NCBI GenBank assembly: GCA_019894955.1
Contig: JAGXNQ010000005.1
Span: 1-41,575 of the forward strand
DNA from: Promethearchaeota archaeon
GTDB lineage: Archaea; Asgardarchaeota; Lokiarchaeia; Sigyniarchaeales; SOKP01
DNA length: 41,575 nt
Direction of reading: 5' to 3'
A program made the translations under genes and the position numbers. Below the pieces are notes generated by a model, which did not search any database, was not told the DNA's origin, and saw only the letters and a program-made list of their open reading frames with translations. Shown here piece after piece: positions 18,025 through 27,375 of this stretch (within the stretch, counting starts at the first letter, position 1; each line of letters begins with the position of its first letter).

Positions 18025-18627
18025 CTAAACACCAAATATCTGTCTTAATTCAGCATATATTTTTGAGAGCTCAGAAATAATTTGGGCATTATTTTGTTGC
18101 ATGTAGTAATTAATATATCCCGAAAGACCCTCTCCATCCTTAATCCACTCTAAAAAGGATTGTATTTCTCCCTTCAATTGAGGATCAATATTGGGTGTTG
18201 AAGGTTGAACAGCTCCCGTGCTTCCTAGTTGTGCATTTGGATCTATATATGTTTGTTGTGAGGAATTCATATCTGATACACCTCTAGCTACATCCATCGT
18301 AGCACCCATAGGTTCACCATCGGGTTCTAAATATACGAGTAAATGATGTTCTTCATCTTTTGCCCCAATGATATGTCCTTCTCCTTTCAGTGAAGTAGCT
18401 ACCAATCTTTCAGATGTGCATTGAAGAATAGAATATTTAACACCAGAAATCATAATAAATTGGGCATTCATACCACTCCAACTAGATACAACCTTTCCCA
18501 CATCAGCACTTATATCCCAATTATCAGTTGAATATATTAAATTTCTTCCTTGAACAACTGCGGCAGCTATAATACTGGGATCTTTTTGTAATAAATTGGT
18601 AACAGCGGTTGCTGGATCTAAAGGCAT
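18025..18627 (-). CDS. Asgard profilin with C-terminal extension
   Basis: AAAVV...IYSTDNWDIS...ISGVKYSILQCTSERLVATSLKGEGHII matches the Lokiarchaeal profilin pattern. Confidence 0.85.
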   Translation of the reverse strand: MPLDPATAVTNLLQKDPSIIAAAVVQGRNLIYSTDNWDISADVGKVVSSWSGMNAQFIMISGVKYSILQCTSERLVATSLKGEGHIIGAKDEEHHLLVYLEPDGEPMGATMDVARGVSDMNSSQQTYIDPNAQLGSTGAVQPSTPNIDPQLKGEIQSFLEWIKDGEGLSGYINYYMQQNNAQIISELSKIYAELRQIFGV

Positions 18628-18743
18628 TTTATTTTTACTCGGTATTTGATTTATTTCTCTCTTTAAGAGGATATTTTGTTAATAATATCTATTATAAATA
18701 TAATTATAAATTTTATATTAAAATTTATGGAAAAGAACAACAC

Positions 18744-19196
18744 TCATTTTCCCTTCTTAAGATTTATTCGACCAAATTTGGGATTATATTTGGTTTCTTT
18801 TTCATCAACTGAATTGAAATTATTTTCAAATATATATTGATTCTCTAAGAATACTTTATGGTTATCATCATTTTTTTTCATTTGATTAATATGATCTTTC
18901 AAGTAATTTTCGTTTTCAAATAGTTTTCCACAAACCGGACAGCTTACTCTTGTGTTCTCTAAAAGGCCAATAGGTTTTTTAATAATAACTTGAAACTTAT
19001 CTAATCTTTGATTTTTTTTTTTTAGATTTTGCCGACAAAAATGCCTTATCAATTTTCCATAAGGAGGATACTCAAAAAATAATTTACTCCCATGGGTACA
19101 TTCCCAATATAATACATCAGCTTTACAACTGGGGCAAGATGTCTTAAATGAGCGGAGATAGCAGTGTTTTCCGTGACTTTTATAAAAATGTCGCAT
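18744..19196 (-). CDS. Zinc-finger protein (CxxC...CxH plus C2H2 finger)
   Basis: CPSC...ECTHG...HFC and CPVCGKLF...LKDHI motifs. Confidence 0.75.
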   Translation of the reverse strand: MRHFYKSHGKHCYLRSFKTSCPSCKADVLYWECTHGSKLFFEYPPYGKLIRHFCRQNLKKKNQRLDKFQVIIKKPIGLLENTRVSCPVCGKLFENENYLKDHINQMKKNDDNHKVFLENQYIFENNFNSVDEKETKYNPKFGRINLKKGK

Positions 19197-19358
19197 TATA
19201 TGGATTGAAAATTTGATCCTATTAAAATTTTTTTATAATTTGTTTAGTTAATAAATTCTTATTGAAGAAAATTATTAACTGATAATTCTTAAAAACGCAA
19301 ATATTTAAATGTTCGATACTGATTATAGAAATTAAGGAATTGAAAAAGTTAAGGGTAG

Positions 19359-20297
19359 TTGTTTTTGGATCTGTCAATGACGATAAATAATTCAAACTTA
19401 TGTCCAGAATGTGGAAATAAGAATTTAATCTCTGATGAGGCTCGTGGTGAGATAGCTTGTGTTGTATGTGGGTTAGTACTGGATCAAAGACTCATTGATT
19501 CGGGTCCAGAATGGAGAGCCTTTTCATCAGAAGAAGCATCTAAAAAAGTGAGGGTTGGAGCTCCAACTACTTTAACTATTCACGATAAGGGGCTCAGTAC
19601 TATGATTGGTTGGACAAATAAAGATGCGTTTGGAAAAAATATTAGCCCAAAGATGAAGGCAGAAGTGTACCGTCTGAGAAAATGGCATGTTAGAACTCGT
19701 ACAAATAAATCTCTTGATCGTAATTTAGCCTATGCCATGAATGAGTTAGATAGATTTTCATCTCAGTTAAATTTATCAAAGGAATTAAAAGAATCTGCTG
19801 CTCATATTTATCGTAAAATGGCTAATAAAAATTTAATCCGTGGAAGATCAATAGAGGCTATGCTAATTGCTTCAATATATCTCTCTTGTAAATTAAATAA
19901 GATTCCTAAAACCCTAGATGATTTTTTGGAATTTGCATTGGTAGATAGGAAAAAAATTGCTCGATGTTATAGGTTAATCATTCAGGAATTAAAGATCAAT
20001 ATTATTGTACCTTCTCCAACAACATTCATCCCAAGGTTTTGTGCTGAACTAAATCTTTCAGGGCGAACCCAGAATAGAGCTGCAGAATTATTGAAACTAG
20101 CAAAAAAATATCAGATCACTGCTGGTAAAGCACCTACTGGCCTAGCTGGTGCCGCATTATATGTGGCTGCTATGCAAGAAGGTGAACGGAGAACTCAAAA
20201 AGAAATCTCATTAGCAGCAGGTGTAACTGAAGCAACTATAAGAAATAGATATAAGGAGCTTGTAAATCATATGCAGGCAAATTTCAACGCACTTTAA
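19359..20297 (+). CDS. tfb: Transcription initiation factor IIB (TFB); start possibly ATG 19377
   Basis: CPECG Zn ribbon, GPEWRAF B-reader, HDKGLST, cyclin repeats, VTEATIRNRYKEL. Confidence 0.98.
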   Translation: MFLDLSMTINNSNLCPECGNKNLISDEARGEIACVVCGLVLDQRLIDSGPEWRAFSSEEASKKVRVGAPTTLTIHDKGLSTMIGWTNKDAFGKNISPKMKAEVYRLRKWHVRTRTNKSLDRNLAYAMNELDRFSSQLNLSKELKESAAHIYRKMANKNLIRGRSIEAMLIASIYLSCKLNKIPKTLDDFLEFALVDRKKIARCYRLIIQELKINIIVPSPTTFIPRFCAELNLSGRTQNRAAELLKLAKKYQITAGKAPTGLAGAALYVAAMQEGERRTQKEISLAAGVTEATIRNRYKELVNHMQANFNAL

Positions 20298-20433
20298 TTC
20301 TTTTTATTACATCCGGACGTTTTTTATAAAGAATGCGAAAACCGCAATGAGAACATTTTATTCCTGGAAGAGCATTTAATTCTTGCTTGGAAACTTCCTT
20401 TCCGCATGCTTTTCTTGCACATACATAATTCAT
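20284..20433 (-). CDS. rpo12: RNA polymerase subunit Rpo12 (P), missed by the ORF track
   Basis: MNYVCARKACGKEV...IKCSHCGFRILYKKRPDVIKRIKVR (49 aa); ATG 20433, TGA 20284-20286. Confidence 0.93.
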   Translation of the reverse strand: MNYVCARKACGKEVSKQELNALPGIKCSHCGFRILYKKRPDVIKRIKVR

Positions 20434-20508
20434 AATTGTTATAATAGACCATTAATATTAAATTTTTCGTATAAAATTTATTTAATAAATAGTCGGAATA
20501 GGCTAAAT

Positions 20509-21324
20509 CTAGATGTATAACGATTTTCTTTTATCTTCAGAGTCAATAAATTGAAAAGTATCAAGATCTTTTTCTAATTCATCTCTTTTATTTTGGAGAT
20601 TCTTAGTAATGTCATCAATGTTATCCAATGAATAATTCTTTTTAATTGGTAGTGTGAACGATTTCTTAATTAATTCTAATAGAGTAATTGAAGCTTTCAA
20701 ATCAGTAACATCTTCATTAATCATAGCAATATTATCTGTTTCAGCCAATAAAACTAATCCATCAATATTAAAACGTGCTTTAGCTAAAGTTGGAATTAAT
20801 CCATTTGCACCAATAATAACTCCTTTTTGTATTTTTTCACAATTATTTTCTGATAGAAATTTATCTAATAGAACACGATTCGTTGAACTAGCATAGATTT
20901 TAGGGATTTTTTGATTTAATTTCCTATTATTTAATGGATAAGCTCCTAACGCTATGATTAATTTTATATTATATTGGTTGATAATTTCAGCGAGGAAATT
21001 AGAGATTCGATATATCCCTTTTGGAGTTAAACTCTGAGCATCAGCAGTTATTAATAAAATATCTCGTATTTCTTCAGGATCTTTCCAGACTAATATTTCT
21101 GCTTTAGGAGCTGAAAGAATACTATCATCCACTATTGCTCCTGCTGGATAGTCATCAAAAATAAAATCCATAAAATTTTTAGCATCTAATTGCCCAATTA
21201 AGGAATCTAATGCAAATTTTCCAATATCTGCGATACCAGGCATTCCTAGTATGCTAATTGGATTTATTAAATCTTCTTTTGATAAATCAGCGTGTTTAAT
21301 AATTCTAATTCCAGATTCTGTCAA
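20509..21324 (-). CDS. PAC2 family proteasome assembly chaperone-like protein
   Basis: GMPGIADIGKFA, LLITADAQ, IIALGAY, IIGANGL and LLAET motifs. Confidence 0.88.
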   Translation of the reverse strand: MTESGIRIIKHADLSKEDLINPISILGMPGIADIGKFALDSLIGQLDAKNFMDFIFDDYPAGAIVDDSILSAPKAEILVWKDPEEIRDILLITADAQSLTPKGIYRISNFLAEIINQYNIKLIIALGAYPLNNRKLNQKIPKIYASSTNRVLLDKFLSENNCEKIQKGVIIGANGLIPTLAKARFNIDGLVLLAETDNIAMINEDVTDLKASITLLELIKKSFTLPIKKNYSLDNIDDITKNLQNKRDELEKDLDTFQFIDSEDKRKSLYI

Positions 21325-21503
21325 TTTTTTTTACCTATTATCAATACTTATGTTATAATAAATCATTGAAAAACTTCTTTTTAAAAATCGTGTGTTATCC
21401 TAATAGACACGTGATTTATCGTAAAAGTAATATATTCATATTATCACTACTTTAGATATATCATAATCTTTAGTTCTGTTTTATCATAAAAAAGAATAAA
21501 TAT

Positions 21504-22109
21504 TTGATGACGACTCTTAAATTTACATGCATGCAATGTGGGACATGTTGCTATGAAATTACTGAGCAACCAGGATCAAAACGAATCCCGTTATATCCAG
21601 AAGAAGTGATTAAATTAATTTCAATAGCTGAAGAACGGGGTTACAATTTTCAAGTTATCGAAGATCTCGTGTTTCCAGATATTAAAAATAAAAAAATACT
21701 AGTTGTAACTTATAGAATCTTATTGAATAATCAGAATGAAAGATGTCCATTTTATCAAACAGAATCTGGATGTTCAATTCATAATGAAAAGCCATTCGCG
21801 TGCCAAGCTTATCCTCTCTCTTTGACGCGTATTGATGCATTTAATTTTAAGATTTCAATTGATCCTCTCTGTAATTTTATTATTGATAACTATGATCAAT
21901 TATTAAATGTTGATCTAGAAACCTTAAAAATTATCTTTAAAGATGAATTCCCTAAAGCTGAAAAATTCTACAGAAAAAATAAGAGACTGCAATTAAAAAT
22001 TCGAGAATTAGAATATGAAGGGAAAATAGAGATTCCAAGAGAAGTACACATTAAAGATTTTAATAAATATCTGAACAAATGGGAACGAGAGGAAATAATT
22101 GTAAAATAA
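21504..22109 (+). CDS. YkgJ / CxxCxxCC cysteine-cluster protein
   Basis: FTCMQCGTCC...CPF...CSIH..KP..C..YP. Confidence 0.88.
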   Translation: MMTTLKFTCMQCGTCCYEITEQPGSKRIPLYPEEVIKLISIAEERGYNFQVIEDLVFPDIKNKKILVVTYRILLNNQNERCPFYQTESGCSIHNEKPFACQAYPLSLTRIDAFNFKISIDPLCNFIIDNYDQLLNVDLETLKIIFKDEFPKAEKFYRKNKRLQLKIRELEYEGKIEIPREVHIKDFNKYLNKWEREEIIVK

Positions 22110-22123
22110 ATTAGGAGATAATT

Positions 22124-22759
22124 ATGAAAAAGTTTATATCTTTATTTTCGGGGGGATTAGATAGTCCTGTGGCAGCATATTTAATTGCTAAAAATGGTTT
22201 TGAACCGATCTTTCTTTCATTTTTAACTTCAGATGATAACGTAAATTCCTTAAAATTAAAAATCATCCATATACTAAAAAAACTAAAAACTCAAATTGAT
22301 CATAAGATAAAAGTGTATTTTATTAACCACGATCCCAATCTAAGTTTTTTCCAACAAAACTGTGAAAGAAAATTGACGTGCATTTTATGTAAACGAATGA
22401 TGTTGCGTATTGCTGAGGCAATAGGTAAACGGGAGGGTACAAACTTAGTCGTTACTGGGGATATCCTTGGTGAACAAGCAAGTCAAACTCTTGATAATCT
22501 TATTGAATATAATGATTTAATGCGAAATTTCATTATCATTAGACCATTAATTGGATGGGATAAATTAGAAGTAATAGATCTAAACAAAAAACTAGGGTTA
22601 TACGAAATTACATCATTGAAATCTGCTTCTTGTCAATTTAATCCTATTTATCCCGAAACACATGCGAAAAAGCATGAAATTATTAAATCTGAACTTCTTT
22701 ATAATGTGTCAGAACTTGTTGAAAATTCATTGAATAGGGCTGAAATTTTAGAATTTTGA
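22124..22759 (+). CDS. ThiI-like PP-loop sulfurtransferase, catalytic domain only
   Basis: SGGLDSPVA, TCILCKRMM, TGDILGEQASQTL and RPLIGWDK motifs; no N-terminal THUMP domain. Confidence 0.88.
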   Translation: MKKFISLFSGGLDSPVAAYLIAKNGFEPIFLSFLTSDDNVNSLKLKIIHILKKLKTQIDHKIKVYFINHDPNLSFFQQNCERKLTCILCKRMMLRIAEAIGKREGTNLVVTGDILGEQASQTLDNLIEYNDLMRNFIIIRPLIGWDKLEVIDLNKKLGLYEITSLKSASCQFNPIYPETHAKKHEIIKSELLYNVSELVENSLNRAEILEF

Positions 22760-23149
22760 TTCTAGTTCTTTTATCATAATATAATATCTTTTATCTTCTA
22801 ATTCTTTAATATTATATTCTCCTAATGATTCACTGAGGATTTGAGCAATAATATGTTTACAATAGTTTCGTTTTCTGTTAATTACTACATTTTTATAAAA
22901 TTCTTGGCAGGAACAGTAAAGTTTTGGATACACTAAATGCTTATTCTTTTTTTCTCCTTTTACAATCCAAGATATTCTTTCAGAGGGTTTATATATATTC
23001 TTTATAACCCCCCTACTAAAGCTTTCTAATACTTTTTCAAAGTTAATAGCAAAATTTGTATTAATAAAATTGATGATTTCATCATCTATAATCCCTTTTT
23101 TTACGATTAGGGTTTGCATTTCAAATAATAAATCTTTTGACATTTGCAT
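22748..23149 (-). CDS. SWIM zinc-finger protein (SWS1/ZSWIM7-like)
   Basis: WIVKG...YCSCQEF...CKHIIA (CxC-x15-CxH). Confidence 0.8.
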   Translation of the reverse strand: MQMSKDLLFEMQTLIVKKGIIDDEIINFINTNFAINFEKVLESFSRGVIKNIYKPSERISWIVKGEKKNKHLVYPKLYCSCQEFYKNVVINRKRNYCKHIIAQILSESLGEYNIKELEDKRYYIMIKELESKF

Positions 23150-23191
23150 CTCATATATATATAATTATTATATATATTTAGGATCATAGAT

Positions 23192-24490
23192 TTGAATACT
23201 ATTCTTTACTTACCAACACGATATTTCCCCGCAATCTCTGGAGCTGAATTTTATATTCAAAGATTAGCAGAAATATATAAAAAGGATTATAAATGGGATG
23301 TAGACATATTTACATCTAATGCTTTAGATTTCAAAGCTCTAAGAGATCCTAAAGGAAAAATAATTAAAGAAACTAATAAGTATTTTTACAATGTTAATAA
23401 TGTGAATGTAAATAGGTTTCCGATAACCTATAAAGAAGAGTTTGGAGAATCACTAAAAGAATTAAAAAGAATTCCAAATTTAGAGTCTCTTCAACTTCCT
23501 AATGAGACCATCAGTCAATTATTAAAAAATGGACCTTATCTAAAGGAAATTATTGACATTTTTCTCAATTGTAAACAAAAGGATTATGATATTATACATA
23601 CTACCTTTTTTCCTTATTTTAATTTGGTAATAGCATTATTAATAGGAAGGATTCTTAAAAAACCGGTTATTTGCACACCATTTTTTCATTTTTCTAATCC
23701 TAGATATTTGGATTCCAATTTAATTTCTGTATTACGTAGCTTCGATATGCTCATAGCTTGTACCTCAAGAGAAAAAGATTTTCTCATTAACAATTTAAAT
23801 TTAACCAAGTCTAGAATCACTACCATTCCTATGGGCGTAGATTTTGACAAGTTCGCTATAGTTAAAGAAAATTTCAACTTTAAACTACACTATTTTACAA
23901 GAAAAGAGAGAAATTATAAATTAGTTTTGTTTTGTGGGTATAAGAATTTTGAAAAGGGAGCTATTTCAATTCTAAAAGCAATTCCCCTGATATTAAAAAA
24001 ATATCCAAAAGTATATTTTACTTTTATTGGTCCTTCAACTACTGCTTACAATCGTGAATTTGCAAAAACTAAGAAAACTACAAATGCTAGAATAATTAAT
24101 CTTTCACCAGATAATTTAACGGGATATTTTGACAAAAATAAGATTGCTGCATTTATGGAAAGTGACCTTTATTTAATGCCAAGTCGAAGTGATGCTTATG
24201 GTATAGCATTTTTAGAAGCATGGTCTGCGGGTAAACCTGTGATCGGTGCTCGCATTGGTGCAACTCCAGAAGTAATTCAGGAAAATATAGATGGTCTTCT
24301 TGTTGAGTTTGATAATCCTCAAGATATTGCTGATCAAGTAGTAAAACTTCTAAGAAATAAGAAATTAAGAAAGAAACTTGGCGAACAAGGTAAAGTGAAA
24401 GTACAAACTTACCATTCATGGCAGAATATCGCAAATATAACGAAAAATGTATATAATAACGTAATTGATAGTTGGAGAGTTAGAAATTGA
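23192..24490 (+). CDS. GT4 family glycosyltransferase
   Basis: YFPAISGAE, IPMGVD and MPSRSDAYGIAFLEAW..GKPVI motifs. Confidence 0.92.
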   Translation: MNTILYLPTRYFPAISGAEFYIQRLAEIYKKDYKWDVDIFTSNALDFKALRDPKGKIIKETNKYFYNVNNVNVNRFPITYKEEFGESLKELKRIPNLESLQLPNETISQLLKNGPYLKEIIDIFLNCKQKDYDIIHTTFFPYFNLVIALLIGRILKKPVICTPFFHFSNPRYLDSNLISVLRSFDMLIACTSREKDFLINNLNLTKSRITTIPMGVDFDKFAIVKENFNFKLHYFTRKERNYKLVLFCGYKNFEKGAISILKAIPLILKKYPKVYFTFIGPSTTAYNREFAKTKKTTNARIINLSPDNLTGYFDKNKIAAFMESDLYLMPSRSDAYGIAFLEAWSAGKPVIGARIGATPEVIQENIDGLLVEFDNPQDIADQVVKLLRNKKLRKKLGEQGKVKVQTYHSWQNIANITKNVYNNVIDSWRVRN

Positions 24491-25707
24491 AAACGATTGC
24501 CGGTAACAAATATTTAATTAACAAAGATAATCTCATTACTATCGATTCAGTATCATTAAAAACTCTCTTAGAAGGTTGTAAAACACCGATTATGGTCTTT
24601 TTGGAAAGCAAAATTAGAGATAATATCCAAACATTTAACAAAATATTTAACTCTGTATTTAGCAATTATGAAGGTTTTTATTCATTTAAAGCAAATTTTC
24701 TACCAGACATTTGTAGTATAATTCAATCTGAAGGTATTGGTGCTGAAATCGTTGGAATTCCAGAACTTAACCTTGCTTTAAGGTTAGGATATTCCTCCGA
24801 CAAGATTATTGCTGGAGGACCATATTTACCAGATCAATTTATTGAGAAGTGTGTGCTAAATGATGTACGAGAAATTATCATTTATAATATTAATGATATA
24901 AAGAGAGTAAATGAAATTTCTGAAAAATACGGAAAATCTCAAAATTTATGCTTAAGAATTAATTCACAGAAATTTGGTAGTAAATTGGGTATAGTATTAG
25001 ATGCTAAAACACTTTCAAAATTGGAAAAAATCTTACAAGATTGCAAAACTATATGTTTAAAAACCATCCTATCCCACCGTGCGACTCAAATGAATAATTT
25101 TGAACAATTTAGAATTAATTTAGAAAATGTAACACATGCCTATACTCAATTAAAAAATTCAGGGATAAAAGTTGATAATATAAATTTAGGAGGGGGATTT
25201 CCGGAAGCAGTTGTTATTCCTGAAATACAACTAAAAAAAATAGCTCTAAGATTGAAAGAATATTTGGATTTATTGGAAATTAATGTGAATCAGATTTATT
25301 TTGAACCCGGAAGATATTTTGTTGGTGATGCTGGTATATTTCTAACTGAAATAATTAAAGTAACAGATGATCGCTGGATTTTTTTAAATATTGGAAATAA
25401 TATCTGCCCAAAATTTGCACGATGTTCCTTAAGGTTTTATAATGCAACTAAAATAAATGCGTCACATAAATTTAAAACCTCTATAGCAGGTATCATCCCT
25501 ACTGATCAAGATATTCTTGTGAAGGATTATTTTTTTACCCAATCTCTAGATGAAGGAGATGTCGTTATCATAACTAATGTAGGTGCTTATACTTTAACAT
25601 TTTCAAATCGATTCCCTTACTCCCTCCCTCCAATCTTTCTCGTGAGTGGAACAAATGTTAAAAAAATTTTTGATCCTATTGTTGATAGTGATTTTTCACT
25701 TCGATAA
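24487..25707 (+). CDS. Fold-type III PLP decarboxylase (diaminopimelate decarboxylase-like, divergent)
   Basis: YSFKAN (PLP Lys), NLGGGF, FEPGRYFV and NVGAY motifs. Confidence 0.85.
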   Translation: MKTIAGNKYLINKDNLITIDSVSLKTLLEGCKTPIMVFLESKIRDNIQTFNKIFNSVFSNYEGFYSFKANFLPDICSIIQSEGIGAEIVGIPELNLALRLGYSSDKIIAGGPYLPDQFIEKCVLNDVREIIIYNINDIKRVNEISEKYGKSQNLCLRINSQKFGSKLGIVLDAKTLSKLEKILQDCKTICLKTILSHRATQMNNFEQFRINLENVTHAYTQLKNSGIKVDNINLGGGFPEAVVIPEIQLKKIALRLKEYLDLLEINVNQIYFEPGRYFVGDAGIFLTEIIKVTDDRWIFLNIGNNICPKFARCSLRFYNATKINASHKFKTSIAGIIPTDQDILVKDYFFTQSLDEGDVVIITNVGAYTLTFSNRFPYSLPPIFLVSGTNVKKIFDPIVDSDFSLR

Positions 25708-25810
25708 TACCATGGTATATTTTTTGGTAATATTAGCATATTATATTCATTCTAATTTTTGACACATATTATTTCTATAACATAATAGTGATTCATTCAG
25801 TTGAAATTAT

Positions 25811-26917
25811 ATGGAATCATTTATAAAAACAGCCAGAAAAAGAGAAGTAGTAACTCCTGCCAAAAGTATATTTGGACATGCTAACATCAAAATAGTAGGT
25901 TGTGGGGGTGCGGGGAACAATACAATCAACAGATTAATGAAAATCGGAATTAAAGGTGCTAAATGTGTGGCTGTAAATACAGATTGCCAACATTTGGACG
26001 TAGTTGAATCTCACATTAAAATTCTAATTGGGAAAAATCTTACTCGTGGTTTAGGTGCCGGGGGTAACCCAGAAATTGGAAGAGCTGCAGCTGAAGAATC
26101 TAGAGAAGATCTAACAAAAATCTTAAGAGATTCAAATTTGGTCTTTATTACATGCGGTGAAGGAGGGGGAACAGGAACTGGAAGTGCTCCTATCGTTGCA
26201 GAAATTGCCAAATTGGAAGGAGCAATTGTTGTAGGTGTAGTCACTTTACCATTTGAAACTGAAATTGGGCGGATTGATAAAGCACAAATTGGTCTAAGTG
26301 AATTAAGGAAGTATGCGGATACTTTAGTAGTAATTGACAATAATACGCTTTTGGAAATCGCTCCTGATTTACCGATAATAGAAGCTTTTAGCGTAGCAGA
26401 CGAGGTGCTTGCTACGATGGTTAAAGGTATCACTGAAACAATATCGTTACCGTCACTAATTAACCTTGATTTTGCTGATGTAAGAACAATATTAAGTACT
26501 GGAGGTGTTGCTATTGTTGGTGTTGGAGAATCTGGGGAAAAACAAAATAGGGTTGAAGATGCTATTGAAGATGCTCTTAATTCCCCATTGCTTGATGTAA
26601 GTATTGATGGTGCTAAAGGAGCTTTAATTCATATCACAGGAGGAAATGATATGACCCTAGCAGAAGCCAATTCCGTTGCAAAAAAAATTTCTGAGAAAAT
26701 GGATGTGAATGATTCTATGGTTATATGGGGTGCAAGAGTGAATGATGAATATGATGGGTATCTGCGTGTAATGCTTCTTATTACAGGTATTAAATCGCCT
26801 CAAATTTTTGGAAAAGATTCCCAGATTGTTGAGCCTTTACAAAATAGAACATTCTCCAAACAAAAAGTTGGATTGTCTGATGATATCTTTAACATCGGTG
26901 AAATTGCTTTTGATTAA
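25811..26917 (+). CDS. ftsZ: Cell division protein FtsZ
   Basis: GCGGAGNN, GLGAGGNP, GGGTGTG and INLDFAD motifs. Confidence 0.98.
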   Translation: MESFIKTARKREVVTPAKSIFGHANIKIVGCGGAGNNTINRLMKIGIKGAKCVAVNTDCQHLDVVESHIKILIGKNLTRGLGAGGNPEIGRAAAEESREDLTKILRDSNLVFITCGEGGGTGTGSAPIVAEIAKLEGAIVVGVVTLPFETEIGRIDKAQIGLSELRKYADTLVVIDNNTLLEIAPDLPIIEAFSVADEVLATMVKGITETISLPSLINLDFADVRTILSTGGVAIVGVGESGEKQNRVEDAIEDALNSPLLDVSIDGAKGALIHITGGNDMTLAEANSVAKKISEKMDVNDSMVIWGARVNDEYDGYLRVMLLITGIKSPQIFGKDSQIVEPLQNRTFSKQKVGLSDDIFNIGEIAFD

Positions 26918-26961
26918 ATTTTTTCTAATAACTTTTTAAATCTAATTTTAGAAATTATTCT

Positions 26962-27339
26962 ATGGAAAAAAATGATTATGATACTCAAATTCAAGTAAAT
27001 AAATTACTTAAAAAACTTGGAATATGGAAAAACTTATTTTCAGTTAAAATAAATTTCTATGTTGAAGGGTGGGCAGCATATCTAATGGAAAAGAACATCT
27101 ATCCTCGTCTAATTGTAATTTTCAAACCTTTTGATTGCGAATATTTCTCAATTAAAAGTTTTGAAGTCTCTTATGATGCAAAAGCAAGGGAAATTCATTC
27201 TGAAATTTATGCACGAGACCTTATCTATGGTTTTGAGAACTTATTTAAAGAATTAAAAGAAGTTATTTATGGAAAAGATGTGGTTTCTTCTTTTTCGACA
27301 GATTTAATTGATACAAACAATATGGATGAGATACGTTAA
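26962..27339 (+). CDS. Hypothetical protein
   Basis: 125-aa ATG ORF downstream of ftsZ; no motif recognised. Confidence 0.7.
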   Translation: MEKNDYDTQIQVNKLLKKLGIWKNLFSVKINFYVEGWAAYLMEKNIYPRLIVIFKPFDCEYFSIKSFEVSYDAKAREIHSEIYARDLIYGFENLFKELKEVIYGKDVVSSFSTDLIDTNNMDEIR

Positions 27340-27375
27340 ATTAAAATGAAAAGAATTCAGAGGAATAACCAAATA

